NCBI GenBank assembly: GCA_022340585.1
Contig: JAJDNS010000190.1
Location: forward strand, 4,130 to 68,129
DNA length: 64,000 nucleotides
Direction of reading: 5' to 3'
Origin: Acidobacteriota bacterium
GTDB lineage: Bacteria; Acidobacteriota; Vicinamibacteria; Fen-336
Part shown: positions 63,943-64,000 of the stretch, one piece after another
Layout: every line of letters starts with the position of its first letter
How positions within the stretch are numbered: position 1 is the first letter of the stretch
Made by a program: the position numbers and the translations under genes
The notes under the pieces: model-generated
Told to the model about the DNA's origin: nothing
Database searches by the model: none
What the model saw: only the letters and a program-made list of their open reading frames with translations

Positions 63943-64000
63943 TTGCGTCGCTCTCGACTCGTCGCCGCCGGCCTGCTGGTCGCGGGGACCGTTCTCGCCT
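63943..64000 (+). CDS. possible 5' end of a secreted protein (partial, window edge)
   Basis: TTG 63943 followed by RRSRLVAAGLLVAGTVLA (signal-peptide-like). Only 19 codons are visible. Confidence 0.25.
   Translation, partial: MRRSRLVAAGLLVAGTVLA

Overview
Very GC-rich bacterial chromosomal segment (about 70% by eye, not computed). It is diderm-type: it has an outer-membrane porin, a FadL-type barrel and lipobox lipoproteins. The gene content looks Acidobacteriota-like (VWFA+TPR, DUF1080-like, DUF4388-like proteins), but that is inference only.

I call 55 protein-coding genes plus one weak partial ORF at the right edge. I found no rRNA, tRNA, CRISPR array, transposase, integrase or phage genes.

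The left ~36 kb is accessory envelope and sensing DNA:
- (i) A translationally coupled minus-strand operon, porin / FMN-binding protein / 4-TM His-rich membrane protein / ApbE (1-3204).
- (ii) A 17.4-kb island (3879-21274) with two tandem paralogous sulfatase-fold lipoproteins whose nucleophile motif is Thr-type rather than Cys/formylglycine-type. It also has six very large polytopic, GT-C-like membrane proteins. Three of these are paralogs, and some carry PA14-like or discoidin-like domains.
- (iii) A mixed block: VWA+TPR genes, a secreted hydrolase-like protein, a DUF4388/J-domain/TPR protein with a near-perfect in-frame 42-bp x3 tandem repeat, an FG-GAP propeller ending in half a Calx-beta domain, a ~1025-aa chemoreceptor with a repeated OB-like periplasmic sensor preceded by a half-length PBP-like gene, YdbS/YdbT, an orphan zinc-ribbon protein, and ArsR+SRPBCC.

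The right ~28 kb is mostly housekeeping: rlmI, rpiB, glyA, trkAH, dinG-like helicase, fadL-like, nitrilase-family, queDEC, yggS-yggT-divIVA-yggU, hutI, ABC-2 exporter, Cys-type arylsulfatase and pfk.

Two sequence-level patterns recur:
- 4-nt GTGA/ATGA/TTGA start-stop overlaps.
- TAGAAT-like -10 hexamers only 5-11 nt upstream of the start codon of operon-first genes, which suggests leaderless mRNAs. This includes an 18-bp divergent intergenic region with face-to-face -10 boxes.

Many long ORFs in the supplied track are antisense or off-frame artefacts of GC richness and are rejected. The best candidate for an undescribed system is the 3879-21274 envelope island. The second is the porin-linked flavinylation operon at the left edge.
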